Assembly: GCA_046539325.1 (NCBI GenBank)
Contig: JBKHHD010000002.1
Location: 1-64,000, forward strand
Reading direction: 5' to 3'
DNA: 64,000 nt
From: Candidatus Aenigmatarchaeota archaeon
Lineage (GTDB): Archaea; Aenigmatarchaeota; Aenigmatarchaeia; PWEA01
Under the pieces are notes generated by a model, which saw only the letters and a program-made list of their open reading frames with translations, was not told where the DNA came from and searched no databases. Numbering within the stretch: the first letter of the stretch is position 1; every line of letters starts with the position of its first letter. A program made the translations under genes and the position numbers. Positions 1 to 9,230 of the stretch are shown piece after piece.

Positions 1-64
1 CGTAGATCTTCCAGACAAGAGCTTCCCCATCTACGATGTCACAGAATATACAGTCCTGGTTCAT
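1..64 (-). CDS. HIT family hydrolase, N-terminal fragment (runs off window start)
   Basis: Manual translation MNQDCIFCDIVDGEALVWKIY; DCIFC zinc motif typical of HIT N-termini. Confidence 0.75.
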   Translation of the reverse strand, partial: MNQDCIFCDIVDGEALVWKIY

Positions 65-219
65 AGCTTCTTCCTTCTTCCGGAGGTTTAAATAAATTTT
101 TATATAGTCCATCTTGCCAGAATTGAATAATATTTTTATATTTCTCAGAAGAGGTTAAATTAAAGAGCAGAATCCCGCGTCAACCGCTTCAGTCCACCTT
201 CAAGAATAAAGGAAATACA

Positions 220-2874
220 ATGGAAAATAAAAAAGGCCTGGTATTGTTCTCAGTAGTTCTATGTAGTTTTATCCTTCTGTCCACAGGAGTGCTCGCCGAT
301 TGGTCCGAAGGCGAGGTCCGTACTTACACATTTGAAGGAGATTCTGAAGCAGAATCGAAATACCCTGTAGAACTAGCTCCAGGAACCTATCAAATAGAGA
401 TGCACGGTGCCGACGCCGAAGATGGATGTGACATGGAGGACTATGGATTTGGAGGTTCTGGTGGATATATCAAAGGTAACTTTACTGTAGACTCATATAG
501 AATTCTCAACGTTTGGGTCGGCGAAGGTGCCAGTGGATGGGAAGGTTTGGTAGATGGTTTATGGGGAAGGCACAATGGCGGGGGTGTCAATGGATCAAAT
601 GGTTATGGTGGGGTCGGGGCAGGCTCAACCGAAGCAGTGTTTGGTGATGGTAGTTTCCTAGCTGCTGCCGATGGAGGAGGTGGTGGAGCTTCTGAAATCG
701 AAGTATTGGGAACTACTAATTACTACGCTGGCGGCGGAGGTGCCAGGGGAGGAACTGGTGGAACTGGCGATGTAAACGGTTTAGATGCTGAAGGCGGGGG
801 TTATGGAGGCGACGGTGCCGAGGAAGGATCTATGGATGGAGAAGATGGGGGAACTGAAGCTGAGGATATGCTAGAGGTTATTCAAGAATCAAAAGGTGGT
901 GCAACCAAAGGCTCAGGCGGCAACGGTTATGTAGAGTTAAAGGCTCTTTCACTCGCTCCAAATGAACCAACTAACCCCGACCCTTCCGACGAAGAAATAG
1001 GCGTTTCAACCGACCCGACTCTAAGCGTAGATGCCTCCGACCCGGACAACGACCAGATGAACGTAAGCTTCTATGAAGCCCGGGATTGGCAATACTGCAG
1101 AAACATTTCCGTCTCGAACGCCGTTGAAGGCTACCAGTATTATCTGCATATTACAAACACAACACATATGGACAGGGATTCGATCCGCATAGTCAACGCA
1201 TCCTGCAATGATGGCGGTTCAGTAGTAGACCACTGGACGGAATCCTTCGCCCCGGACGATGCAGAAGTCTGGTTCAAGGGTTCCGGTTCAGGAACTGATT
1301 ATGCCCTTTACTACAACAACTCGGAAGCTTCTGACGCCAGCAACGGTGACAAAACCTTTCCGTACTTTGATCACTGGACATCGGACAATACCGATGACTG
1401 GAGGAACTCCAATACAGGAAACAATCACCATCACTGGTGGTTGGATAACACGGACTTCACTGATTCAAGAGAATTAAAGATTGACAGCAATCTATTGGAC
1501 TGGAACTGTGGTGATTGGGACCACACAAATATAGGATGGACGGAGGACAAAAGTAGTTATTATCAGGATGTCGAGCATGTAACAATCTATTGGGAACACA
1601 AGGACGACAACGGATGTAAAGATAATTCGACAGTTTTGGTGAAACTACACCTCAAAAACTCTGGTAGCACATACACAACTTCCCTCAAAAGTTTCTCGAA
1701 GCCAGATAGCAGTAGCGATATATATGTTTCCCTTTCGTACTCCTCAGACAATGTAAGCTATGAAATTAAGAATCTAGATACAGGAACAGTCTTAGCGTCA
1801 GACTTCATAGACAGTCCATCTAAAATACCCTCTCTACCCTCTACAAACTATTTTTTCTTCCATGCATGGGATGCTGGCGGTGGTATTTTCAATTATAATT
1901 CACCCACCTATCTAAAATGGGGCAATGAACAAAAAAATGGCGGAATGGAGTGGAAGACCGATTACTGGTTTATCAAAAACTACGACCCACCTGAGCCAAC
2001 AACTACCTTGGGCAGTGAGAATCCTGTCACAGTAGGGTTTTATTCAGGATTGATCGGTACAGACGAGAACGTTGATTCAGGAGACAGAGCCTCTGTAACA
2101 TGGTCTGGCCTTTCGAAAGATAATACATATGAATGGTACGCTGTGGCCGACGACGAGAAATATACTAACCATAGTTCTCTATGGAGCTTTACAACTGGAG
2201 AAGAACCTGACTCTATTTCTGTCAAAACCCAACCCGGAGACACCGAAGCCGGTGAGACTATCAACGGGCCGCCTGAAGCAAATGTCACGGATTCGGATGG
2301 AAACGGCGTAGGAGGGATAGAGGTAAATATATCTGAATCCGAAGGTTACAAGTTTGACTCAGGAACCACGACTAATACGACTGAAAGCGATGGTACAGTA
2401 ACCTTCAATGATCTCGTAATAGAAACCGCTGGGACCTATCAGCTTACCTTCGATGCAGAAGGAGTTACAGACGATGCCGTATCGCAGGACTTTGATATAA
2501 GTCCTTCGGATCCTGATAATGTTTCCGTCTATACACAACCCGAGGACACGAAAGTTATTGATCCCATCCGCGGACCGCCTGAATCAGAGGTCGTAGATGA
2601 GTACGGGAACGCAGTCGATGGAGTCGATGTAGACGTCTTTGAATCCGGGGGCTATACCTTCGACTCAGGAACAACAACCCAAACCACCGGAAGTGAAGGT
2701 ATAGCAACTTTCGATGACCTAGAAATACATGAAGAAGGGGTCTATCAACTGACATTCGATACGGATGGAGCCGATGACGCTGTATCAAATAACTTCAGGA
2801 TGACAGTAAATTACTGCGAGGTCAGGATATGTGGACCGCAAAATGTATGTGACGAAGTCACGGTGAGGTGTTGA
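220..2874 (+). CDS. Large secreted surface protein: signal peptide, glycine-rich domain, DUF2341-like region, two Ig-like repeats, Cys-rich pilin-like C-terminal tail
   Basis: Hydrophobic N-terminus ending VLA-D; GGxGG runs; WQYCRNISV...ALYYNN...TFPYFD DUF2341-like pattern; duplicated TQPxDT...GTYQLTFD unit. Confidence 0.7.
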   Translation: MENKKGLVLFSVVLCSFILLSTGVLADWSEGEVRTYTFEGDSEAESKYPVELAPGTYQIEMHGADAEDGCDMEDYGFGGSGGYIKGNFTVDSYRILNVWVGEGASGWEGLVDGLWGRHNGGGVNGSNGYGGVGAGSTEAVFGDGSFLAAADGGGGGASEIEVLGTTNYYAGGGGARGGTGGTGDVNGLDAEGGGYGGDGAEEGSMDGEDGGTEAEDMLEVIQESKGGATKGSGGNGYVELKALSLAPNEPTNPDPSDEEIGVSTDPTLSVDASDPDNDQMNVSFYEARDWQYCRNISVSNAVEGYQYYLHITNTTHMDRDSIRIVNASCNDGGSVVDHWTESFAPDDAEVWFKGSGSGTDYALYYNNSEASDASNGDKTFPYFDHWTSDNTDDWRNSNTGNNHHHWWLDNTDFTDSRELKIDSNLLDWNCGDWDHTNIGWTEDKSSYYQDVEHVTIYWEHKDDNGCKDNSTVLVKLHLKNSGSTYTTSLKSFSKPDSSSDIYVSLSYSSDNVSYEIKNLDTGTVLASDFIDSPSKIPSLPSTNYFFFHAWDAGGGIFNYNSPTYLKWGNEQKNGGMEWKTDYWFIKNYDPPEPTTTLGSENPVTVGFYSGLIGTDENVDSGDRASVTWSGLSKDNTYEWYAVADDEKYTNHSSLWSFTTGEEPDSISVKTQPGDTEAGETINGPPEANVTDSDGNGVGGIEVNISESEGYKFDSGTTTNTTESDGTVTFNDLVIETAGTYQLTFDAEGVTDDAVSQDFDISPSDPDNVSVYTQPEDTKVIDPIRGPPESEVVDEYGNAVDGVDVDVFESGGYTFDSGTTTQTTGSEGIATFDDLEIHEEGVYQLTFDTDGADDAVSNNFRMTVNYCEVRICGPQNVCDEVTVRC
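2200..2800 (+). repeat. Tandem intragenic duplication of an Ig-like domain (two copies of about 100 aa)
   Basis: TQPGDT..GPP..GYKFDSGTT..TFNDLVI..GTYQLTFD versus TQPEDT..GPP..GYTFDSGTT..TFDDLEI..GVYQLTFD; boundaries approximate. Confidence 0.8.
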
Positions 2875-2875
2875 A

Positions 2876-3217
2876 ATGAAAAAAGGTCTTTCACAGATAT
2901 TGGCATTCATGTTGTTAACACTCCTCGCAGTAGTAATAGTTGGGTCCGTAGCTACATGGATGAGAAAAACAGAAGGAGAGGCTGAGGAAGGGATAGGAGA
3001 TAAATTAACAGGCCAAGAAGATATCCATTTCTATATAAGTGGAGTAGAAGAGCAAGACGGATATGTATATGTAAATGTAACCAACAATGGAAGGTTTGAA
3101 ATACATTCAGGACAAATGACAGGATACTTCGAAGGCGACCAAAAAGACGTAGAACAAATAGGAGGACCGGATCCAATACCACCCGGAGAAACAGGTAAAT
3201 TTAACGTAACCGTTTAA
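2876..3217 (+). CDS. Archaeal type IV pilin-like protein, apparently C-terminally short
   Basis: Class III signal MKKG/LSQI followed by hydrophobic helix; VNVTNNG and IPPGE motifs; starts 1 nt after the upstream stop. Confidence 0.75.
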   Translation: MKKGLSQILAFMLLTLLAVVIVGSVATWMRKTEGEAEEGIGDKLTGQEDIHFYISGVEEQDGYVYVNVTNNGRFEIHSGQMTGYFEGDQKDVEQIGGPDPIPPGETGKFNVTV

Positions 3218-3221
3218 TCAC

Positions 3222-4166
3222 TTACGAACTCGCGAACTGCGCAAGCAACGCCTCAAGCTGAATCTGTTCGTCTGCTCCTTCATCCAAACGGAACTCATAC
3301 TCGCCCATTTTTTCAACAAGCCTTATCTTCCTCTTTTCTTCTATATCCATATCGTAGACCTGCCTGTGTATTTCCTTTATTATATCTACGCCGGAAATCC
3401 CTTTCTCCAGTATAAGCTCCTGAAGTTTGTCCCTTGACTTTGTAAATTCACCGTCGAGAGCGTTTTCCAACATTCCTTGAACAGCATCTGGCTTAGCCTG
3501 TGAAGATACCTCATAAACAACTTCCTCCGTTACCTCCTTCCCCGTCGCGGAAACCGACTGGAGCAGATTTATAGACTTTCGGAGATCGCCGCGCGTAACT
3601 GAAAATATAGCCTCAAGCCCTTCCTCATCGTAGCTTACGTCTTCCTTCTTGCAGATACTTCTCAGAAGTCCTGAAGCGTCTTCCCTTTCCAAACGCGGGA
3701 AGCGGAATATGGAACACCGTGATCTTATCGGATCAATTATCTTGCTTGAGTAGTTGCATATAAGGATAAAGCGGGCCGTTTCAGTGTAGTTCTCCATTGT
3801 TCTCCTCAGTGCGTGCTGAGCCTCCGGTGTCAGCGCGTCCGCTTCGTCGAGAATTATTATCTTGAAGGGGACGTCTCCTACGGCCTTGGAACGTGCGAAG
3901 TCCTTGACCTGGTTCCTTATTATATCTATACCTCTCGTGTCCGAAGCATTCAGCTCAAGTACGTTGTTCCTCCACTTGTCACCAAAGAGATCCTTTGCTA
4001 TAGCCAGAGAAGAAGCACTCTTGCCTGTTCCTGCCGGTCCAGTGAACAACAGATGCGGCAGAGATTCATCTTCCACGAATGCTTTCAGACGCTCAACTAC
4101 GTGCTCGTGGTTAACTATATCATCAAGCGTATCAGGCCTATACCTTTCAGTCCAGACTTCTACCAT
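3222..4166 (-). CDS. rfcS: Replication factor C small subunit
   Basis: WTERYRP, GPAGTGKS, LELNASD, IILDEAD, SRC motifs. Confidence 0.97.
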   Translation of the reverse strand: MVEVWTERYRPDTLDDIVNHEHVVERLKAFVEDESLPHLLFTGPAGTGKSASSLAIAKDLFGDKWRNNVLELNASDTRGIDIIRNQVKDFARSKAVGDVPFKIIILDEADALTPEAQHALRRTMENYTETARFILICNYSSKIIDPIRSRCSIFRFPRLEREDASGLLRSICKKEDVSYDEEGLEAIFSVTRGDLRKSINLLQSVSATGKEVTEEVVYEVSSQAKPDAVQGMLENALDGEFTKSRDKLQELILEKGISGVDIIKEIHRQVYDMDIEEKRKIRLVEKMGEYEFRLDEGADEQIQLEALLAQFASS

Positions 4167-4256
4167 AATACCCCTAAAGAACTTTTACATGATCTTTTAT
4201 TAAGCTTTTCGGGATCGAAGATTTAAATCATTGGAAAGTAACTGTGTAGGGGTATC

Positions 4257-4781
4257 ATGAAAATAGCTATAACGGGGACACCCGGCACCGGGAAAACTAC
4301 GATAGGAGAGAAGCTGGCCGAAGAGACCTCCTTGGAGTACATATCGATAAACGACTTAGCCAGAGAAAGGGACTGCATAATCTCGCACGATGAGGACAGG
4401 AACTCGGATATCGTTGACGTCAAGGAGCTACGCAGAGAAGTAAAAAACCTGGAAGACTGCATTCTCGATGGCCATCTTTCACACTTCATGGACAACCAAA
4501 TGGTCTTTGTGCTACGTTGTAAGCCTTCTGTTCTGAAGAGCAGACTTGAAGATAAAGGCTGGAAAGAGGAGAAGGTAGCGGAGAACGTGGATGCGGAGAT
4601 AACCGGAGTCATTGAAAGGGAAGCAAGGAACGGAAATGAAGATGTTTACTCCATAGATACAACGGACAAAGACGAGGAAGAAGTGGTCGGCATTATAAAG
4701 GATATAGTTGAAACAGGCGAGGGGAAGGAGTACAAAGAACACTTCGACTGGATAGAGAAGGACGAGGTAGATGTAGTTTGA
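4257..4781 (+). CDS. Adenylate kinase, AK6/Fap7 family
   Basis: ITGTPGTGKTT; DGHLSH; LRC..L..RL..KGW...KV.EN. Confidence 0.9.
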   Translation: MKIAITGTPGTGKTTIGEKLAEETSLEYISINDLARERDCIISHDEDRNSDIVDVKELRREVKNLEDCILDGHLSHFMDNQMVFVLRCKPSVLKSRLEDKGWKEEKVAENVDAEITGVIEREARNGNEDVYSIDTTDKDEEEVVGIIKDIVETGEGKEYKEHFDWIEKDEVDVV

Positions 4782-5389
4782 CCCTTATACTGAAGGATCC
4801 AAAGGAAGAAGGCATAGAACAGGCCGCGAAAAGGATGAAGGACGGGGAAACCTGCATATACCCCACGGAAACTTGCTATGGCCTTGGAACCAATGCCCTG
4901 GACGAAAAGGCTGTGAAGAAGATATACAACGTCAAGGAGAGGGATGAGGAAAAGAAGCTTTCATGTTTGGTTCCTTCCTTGGAAGAAGCCGAAAAATACT
5001 GTAACCTGAGCAGGAACGAAAGGAAGGTCTGCGAAAGGTTTATGCCGGGACCGCTTACTCTGGTAGCTGAAAAGAAGGATAACGTACCTGATCTCCTGAA
5101 CAAGGACTTCGTTTTCAGAATTTCTTCTAATAAAGTAGCAAATAAGCTTTCAGAGAAAGCCGGCGTTCCCTTAGTAGCGACCTCTGCTAATTTCTCCGGT
5201 ACAGAAGGAAGATATTCTCTGGGCAATATTTCAATGGTCATAAAGGAGCGCGTCGATGTTATAATAGACCACGGAAAACTGAAAGGAGAAGAACCATCGA
5301 CGGTAGTGAAGGTTGAAGACAACGAAGTAAAGGTATTCCGCGAAGGTCCTGTCTCAAAGGGAGAAATCGAAAGGTTTTTAAATATTTAG
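4778..5389 (+). CDS. tsaC: L-threonylcarbamoyladenylate synthase (YrdC/Sua5 domain)
   Basis: YPTETCYGL, K.R, PGPLTLV, TSAN, PSTVV. Confidence 0.93.
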   Translation: MTLILKDPKEEGIEQAAKRMKDGETCIYPTETCYGLGTNALDEKAVKKIYNVKERDEEKKLSCLVPSLEEAEKYCNLSRNERKVCERFMPGPLTLVAEKKDNVPDLLNKDFVFRISSNKVANKLSEKAGVPLVATSANFSGTEGRYSLGNISMVIKERVDVIIDHGKLKGEEPSTVVKVEDNEVKVFREGPVSKGEIERFLNI

Positions 5390-5414
5390 TTCTGAAAGAG
5401 GTTAGGTGACTTGT

Positions 5415-5582
5415 ATGCCTGAGGAAGCCGTTAGGAAAAGACTGTTCGACAACGTATTCATATGCATGAACTGCAAAGCTAAGATGAGAGCGAAGCCAAG
5501 GAAAGTAAGAGACGGAAAAGTGAAATGTAGGAAGTGTGGCTCAAAAGATCTCAGGCTAAAGTCCAAAGAAGACAGGAGTTAG
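5415..5582 (+). CDS. rpl40e: 50S ribosomal protein L40e (55 aa, not in ORF track)
   Basis: Manual translation MPEEAVRKRLFDNVFICMNCKAK...KCRKCGSKDLRLKSKE; GGTGA Shine-Dalgarno upstream. Confidence 0.9.
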   Translation: MPEEAVRKRLFDNVFICMNCKAKMRAKPRKVRDGKVKCRKCGSKDLRLKSKEDRS

Positions 5583-5584
5583 AG

Positions 5585-6397
5585 ATGAAGCCCTTTCTAA
5601 GGCTGATAAGGCCTGTAAACTGTCTAATGGCAGCAGTGGCAGTTCTTATAGGAGCCTATCTAGGTGGAATAGCTTCCTTTGGACCTGTATTTCTTGCTAT
5701 GGCTACAGCATTCCTTGTAACCGGTGGTGGAATGGTTATAAACGACTACTACGACAGGGATCTTGACATTATCTACGACCATGAAAAACCAATACCTAAT
5801 GGCGATGTATCTATTAAAACTGCAATAATACTCTCCTTCATCCTCTTTGCAGTTGGAATCTATCTTTCTGTCTGGATTAACGTATACGCTCTTGCACTAG
5901 CAGCTGTCAACTCTGCTCTGCTCGTAGGCTACGCAAAGGACTTACAGAAAAGGTTTCTAGTTTCAAATATTACCGTATCCTTCCTCGTAGGCTCGACCTT
6001 TGTATTCGGAGGCCTGGCCGTAAACAACTTTCTCCCGTCAGTACTTCTAGCAGCCATGGCGTTCTTTGCAAATACAACCAGGGAGATAGTAAAGGACATA
6101 GAAGACAAGGAGGCTGACGCAACAAAGGGTGTGAAATCAGTTCCCATAGTTCTCGGGGAAGGGAAGGCAAGGGCAGTTTCCTCTTCATTCTCTTTGGTAG
6201 CTATTCTTATCTCACCCTTACCTATACTGCTCGGAATTTTCGGGCTGTTTTACGGAATCGCCGTAGTTTTCTCAGTAGCTGTATTCTTTTACTCCGTTGT
6301 CCTCATAGAAAGGAAGGGGGATCCTTCAAAGATACAGGGTATGCTTAAGCTTGGCATGTTACTCGGTCTTATAGCCTTTCTTGTAGGAGCCTTCTGA
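5585..6397 (+). CDS. Digeranylgeranylglyceryl phosphate synthase (UbiA family)
   Basis: LIRPVNC, INDYYDRDLD, REIVKDIED.EAD; start reassigned to ATG 5585 after the L40e stop. Confidence 0.88.
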   Translation: MKPFLRLIRPVNCLMAAVAVLIGAYLGGIASFGPVFLAMATAFLVTGGGMVINDYYDRDLDIIYDHEKPIPNGDVSIKTAIILSFILFAVGIYLSVWINVYALALAAVNSALLVGYAKDLQKRFLVSNITVSFLVGSTFVFGGLAVNNFLPSVLLAAMAFFANTTREIVKDIEDKEADATKGVKSVPIVLGEGKARAVSSSFSLVAILISPLPILLGIFGLFYGIAVVFSVAVFFYSVVLIERKGDPSKIQGMLKLGMLLGLIAFLVGAF

Positions 6398-6442
6398 GGA
6401 GATCTGAAGATTTAAATATTCATCTTCAAAAGCTTTGTTTCT

Positions 6443-6808
6443 ATGAGCGAAGAACTAGACGACTCGGAAAAGGTAAAGGGAAAGGAAAACCTGCAGCTTG
6501 AAAAGATAGATGAAATGGTAAAAAACGGTGAAATCGATCCTTCTAATGTTAAGTTTACGACCTGGCAGGACAAGAAAAACGATGATGGAGAAGTGATAGG
6601 CACAGCCAGGGTCGTTCAAGAGGAAGGAGAAGAACTCGCAAAGGTAGAGTACATCTGCCCGCGATGTCAGAACCACGGCTTCAAGAAGACGGAGTACAAG
6701 AGACCTTTCTGGGTCGAATGTGAAAGCTGTGAAAAAAGCTTTTCCGTACCAAGGCTCAAGGACAAGGTTGAAAGGGAAAACAAGGAAGAGCCTGACGTCG
6801 ACGCATAG
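6443..6808 (+). CDS. Hypothetical zinc-ribbon protein
   Basis: CPRC...CESC; TTTAAATA box upstream. Confidence 0.65.
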   Translation: MSEELDDSEKVKGKENLQLEKIDEMVKNGEIDPSNVKFTTWQDKKNDDGEVIGTARVVQEEGEELAKVEYICPRCQNHGFKKTEYKRPFWVECESCEKSFSVPRLKDKVERENKEEPDVDA

Positions 6809-6815
6809 TAAAAAG

Positions 6816-6987
6816 GCCTCGGTGGCTCAGAGGTAGAGCGCGTCCTTGGTAGAACCTTTTTGCAGCGAACTGCAAAAATTTTGGGGTCAAGAAATCCCAA
6901 ATATTCGGAAGGAAGTTCCGAAGACGTTCGTCAAAAAAGATTACGGAAAGGACGAGGTCGCGGGTTCAAATCCCGCCCGAGGCTCCA
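6816..6987 (+). tRNA. tRNA-Thr(GGT) with 97-nt intron at 37/38 (6852-6948), CCA encoded
   Basis: GCCTCGG/CCGAGGC acceptor stem, U73, CGTCC/GGACG anticodon stem, TTCAAAT T-loop. Confidence 0.92.
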
Positions 6988-7032
6988 TTAACTAATAAAA
7001 GGTTCTCCTACTAGTTTTATACAGAGATAGAG

Positions 7033-9219
7033 ATGCCAGAAAAGGAAACTGGCTCCAGAAGGTTCGGAGCCTTTGAAGGAGTCTTCATACCTACCTTCCT
7101 TAGCATCGTCGGAGTTATACTTTTCTTACGTCTCGGATACGTGGTCGGAGGCGCCGGCCTGTTCGGAACTGTGGCGATAATACTTCTTACAATATCCGTG
7201 ACCCTCGCCACAGGTCTGTCACTCAGCTCCATAGCGAGCAACATAAGGATAGGCGCAGGCGGAGCCTACTCCATCGTCACAAAGACATTGGGTCTTGAAA
7301 TCGGCGGCAGCATAGGAATTCCGCTCTATCTCGCACAGGCTTTTTCGGTTGCTCTTTATATTTTTGGTTTTTCTGAAGCCTGGCAGTTCGCCTTCCCAGA
7401 GCACAGCATAACTATGATAGCGCTCCTCTCTTTCTCGGCGATCTTCCTCGTAACCTACATAAAGACGGACTTCGCCGTGAAGGTACAAGGCGTTGTATTC
7501 GTACTCATATGTTTAGCCCTCCTTGTTATATTCATGGGTGTTGGTGTAGGCGGGGGCGAGCTTTCCGCACCCTTTGTAAGATCCGACGGACCTCCTTTCT
7601 GGACTCTCTTTGCTATATTCTTCCCGGCGGCAACAGGTCTTATGTCAGGCATAGGCCTTTCAGGCGAGCTGACGGATCCAAAGAAGCAGATACCGAAGGG
7701 AATTATATACGGACTTGGTGCCACAACATTGATATACCTGGCGATGACCTTCGTCCTCTCCTACTCAGCTACTCCTGAACAGCTTATAGAAAACAGCCTT
7801 ATACTGACGGAAATATCCATATTCCCTGAGCTTGTAGTTGTGGGAATACTTGCCGCGACCTTCTCGAGCGCCCTGACTATGCTCATAGCAGCGCCGCGCG
7901 TTCTTCAGGCATTGGCTGAAAAGTCCATACTTCCAAAGAAAAAGTTCATAAGCAGGAAGACCAGTAAAGGCGAGCCTAGAAACGCCATAGGACTGACAGC
8001 GCTACTTATAATACCGCTGCTTCTTCTCGGAAGCCTTGACTTCGTGGCACAGGTACTGACCATGTTTTTCCTTATAACGTATGCAAGCATAAATCTCTCC
8101 GTTTTCCTAGAGCAACATCTCAGTATAAGAAGCTTCAGACCGACATTTGAGATTCCTAAGATAGTTCCCCTCTACGGCTTTCTCGGGTCCTTAGCAATAA
8201 TGTTCGTTGTCAATCCTTACGCAGGTATAGTAGCTACTGTTTCCGTACTGGTGATATACATATTACTTTCAAAGAAGCCGATAGAAAGGGAGCACGGCGA
8301 CGTAAGGTCTGGTCTGTTCAGGGCTCTTTCTGAATGGGCAGCAGAAAAGACCAGGAGACTTCCTGAGTCCTCAAGACATGTCTGGAAGCCGAACCTACTT
8401 GTTCCTGTAACCACGGATAAGACGCTCATAGGAGACTTTCCTCTCATAAAATCTATAGCTTATCCACACGGAAGGATAACCGTGCTGGGTCTGGAGCTGG
8501 ACGACGAAAGTAGTATACCTGAGGAAGAGAAGGTAGAGGAAGGCGAAAAGGAACTCAAGGAAGTTCCTGAAACTGTCGACAAGTTCGAGGACAGCAAGAT
8601 ATTCGCCACTTACTCTACGATAGATGCAAAGGACTACAGCAACTCAGTCATCGTATCAATGGAAGCTATTCAGAGCCAGGTTTTTGCTCCAAACATACTT
8701 TTCCTTCCCTATGAACCTGGTGGAATAGTCGAGGAAGGCCTGAAGAAGATAGTTGGGGCTGCAGAAGAAAACTACTGCGGACTAACACTTCTCGACAAGG
8801 ATGAAGATGTCAGGCTGGGAACGGAAGGTGATATACACGTCTGGATCTCACCTAAGGCTTTGGAAGACGGTTTATTTCAAAGAAGATACTACGATCTCGC
8901 TCTCTTGATAGCATACAGCATAAAGAGCAACTGGGACGGTAAGATACATCTCTGGATGGCGATCGATAACGAAAACGAGGGTGCAGAGGCAGAGAAGTAT
9001 CTGAAGAAACTTGTCTACGAGGCAAGGCTCCCGCGGTCCACGGAGATCAACGTCATCAAAGGAGACTTCAAGGAAACTCTGAAGGAAGCCCCCGCCGGAG
9101 ACCTTCATATAATACCCTTTGAGAGATCGGACATAGAATCTATAAATGAGATCAGTACAATCGAAGGAAAGTCCTACCTCTTTGTTCATGACTCGACAAA
9201 GGAAAGTGTACTGGCGTAA
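7033..9219 (+). CDS. Cation-chloride cotransporter-like APC permease (SLC12-like)
   Basis: FGAFEGVFIPT..SI.GVILFLRLG, GGAY, FAIFFPAATG, APRVLQA, WKPNLL; large soluble C-terminal domain. Confidence 0.88.
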   Translation: MPEKETGSRRFGAFEGVFIPTFLSIVGVILFLRLGYVVGGAGLFGTVAIILLTISVTLATGLSLSSIASNIRIGAGGAYSIVTKTLGLEIGGSIGIPLYLAQAFSVALYIFGFSEAWQFAFPEHSITMIALLSFSAIFLVTYIKTDFAVKVQGVVFVLICLALLVIFMGVGVGGGELSAPFVRSDGPPFWTLFAIFFPAATGLMSGIGLSGELTDPKKQIPKGIIYGLGATTLIYLAMTFVLSYSATPEQLIENSLILTEISIFPELVVVGILAATFSSALTMLIAAPRVLQALAEKSILPKKKFISRKTSKGEPRNAIGLTALLIIPLLLLGSLDFVAQVLTMFFLITYASINLSVFLEQHLSIRSFRPTFEIPKIVPLYGFLGSLAIMFVVNPYAGIVATVSVLVIYILLSKKPIEREHGDVRSGLFRALSEWAAEKTRRLPESSRHVWKPNLLVPVTTDKTLIGDFPLIKSIAYPHGRITVLGLELDDESSIPEEEKVEEGEKELKEVPETVDKFEDSKIFATYSTIDAKDYSNSVIVSMEAIQSQVFAPNILFLPYEPGGIVEEGLKKIVGAAEENYCGLTLLDKDEDVRLGTEGDIHVWISPKALEDGLFQRRYYDLALLIAYSIKSNWDGKIHLWMAIDNENEGAEAEKYLKKLVYEARLPRSTEINVIKGDFKETLKEAPAGDLHIIPFERSDIESINEISTIEGKSYLFVHDSTKESVLA

Positions 9220-9230
9220 AACTTTGAAAG

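Noticed and set aside
5534-5584. N-terminal extension of the UbiA-family ORF in the track
   Set aside because: It overlaps the L40e gene; ATG 5585 just after the L40e stop is the better start
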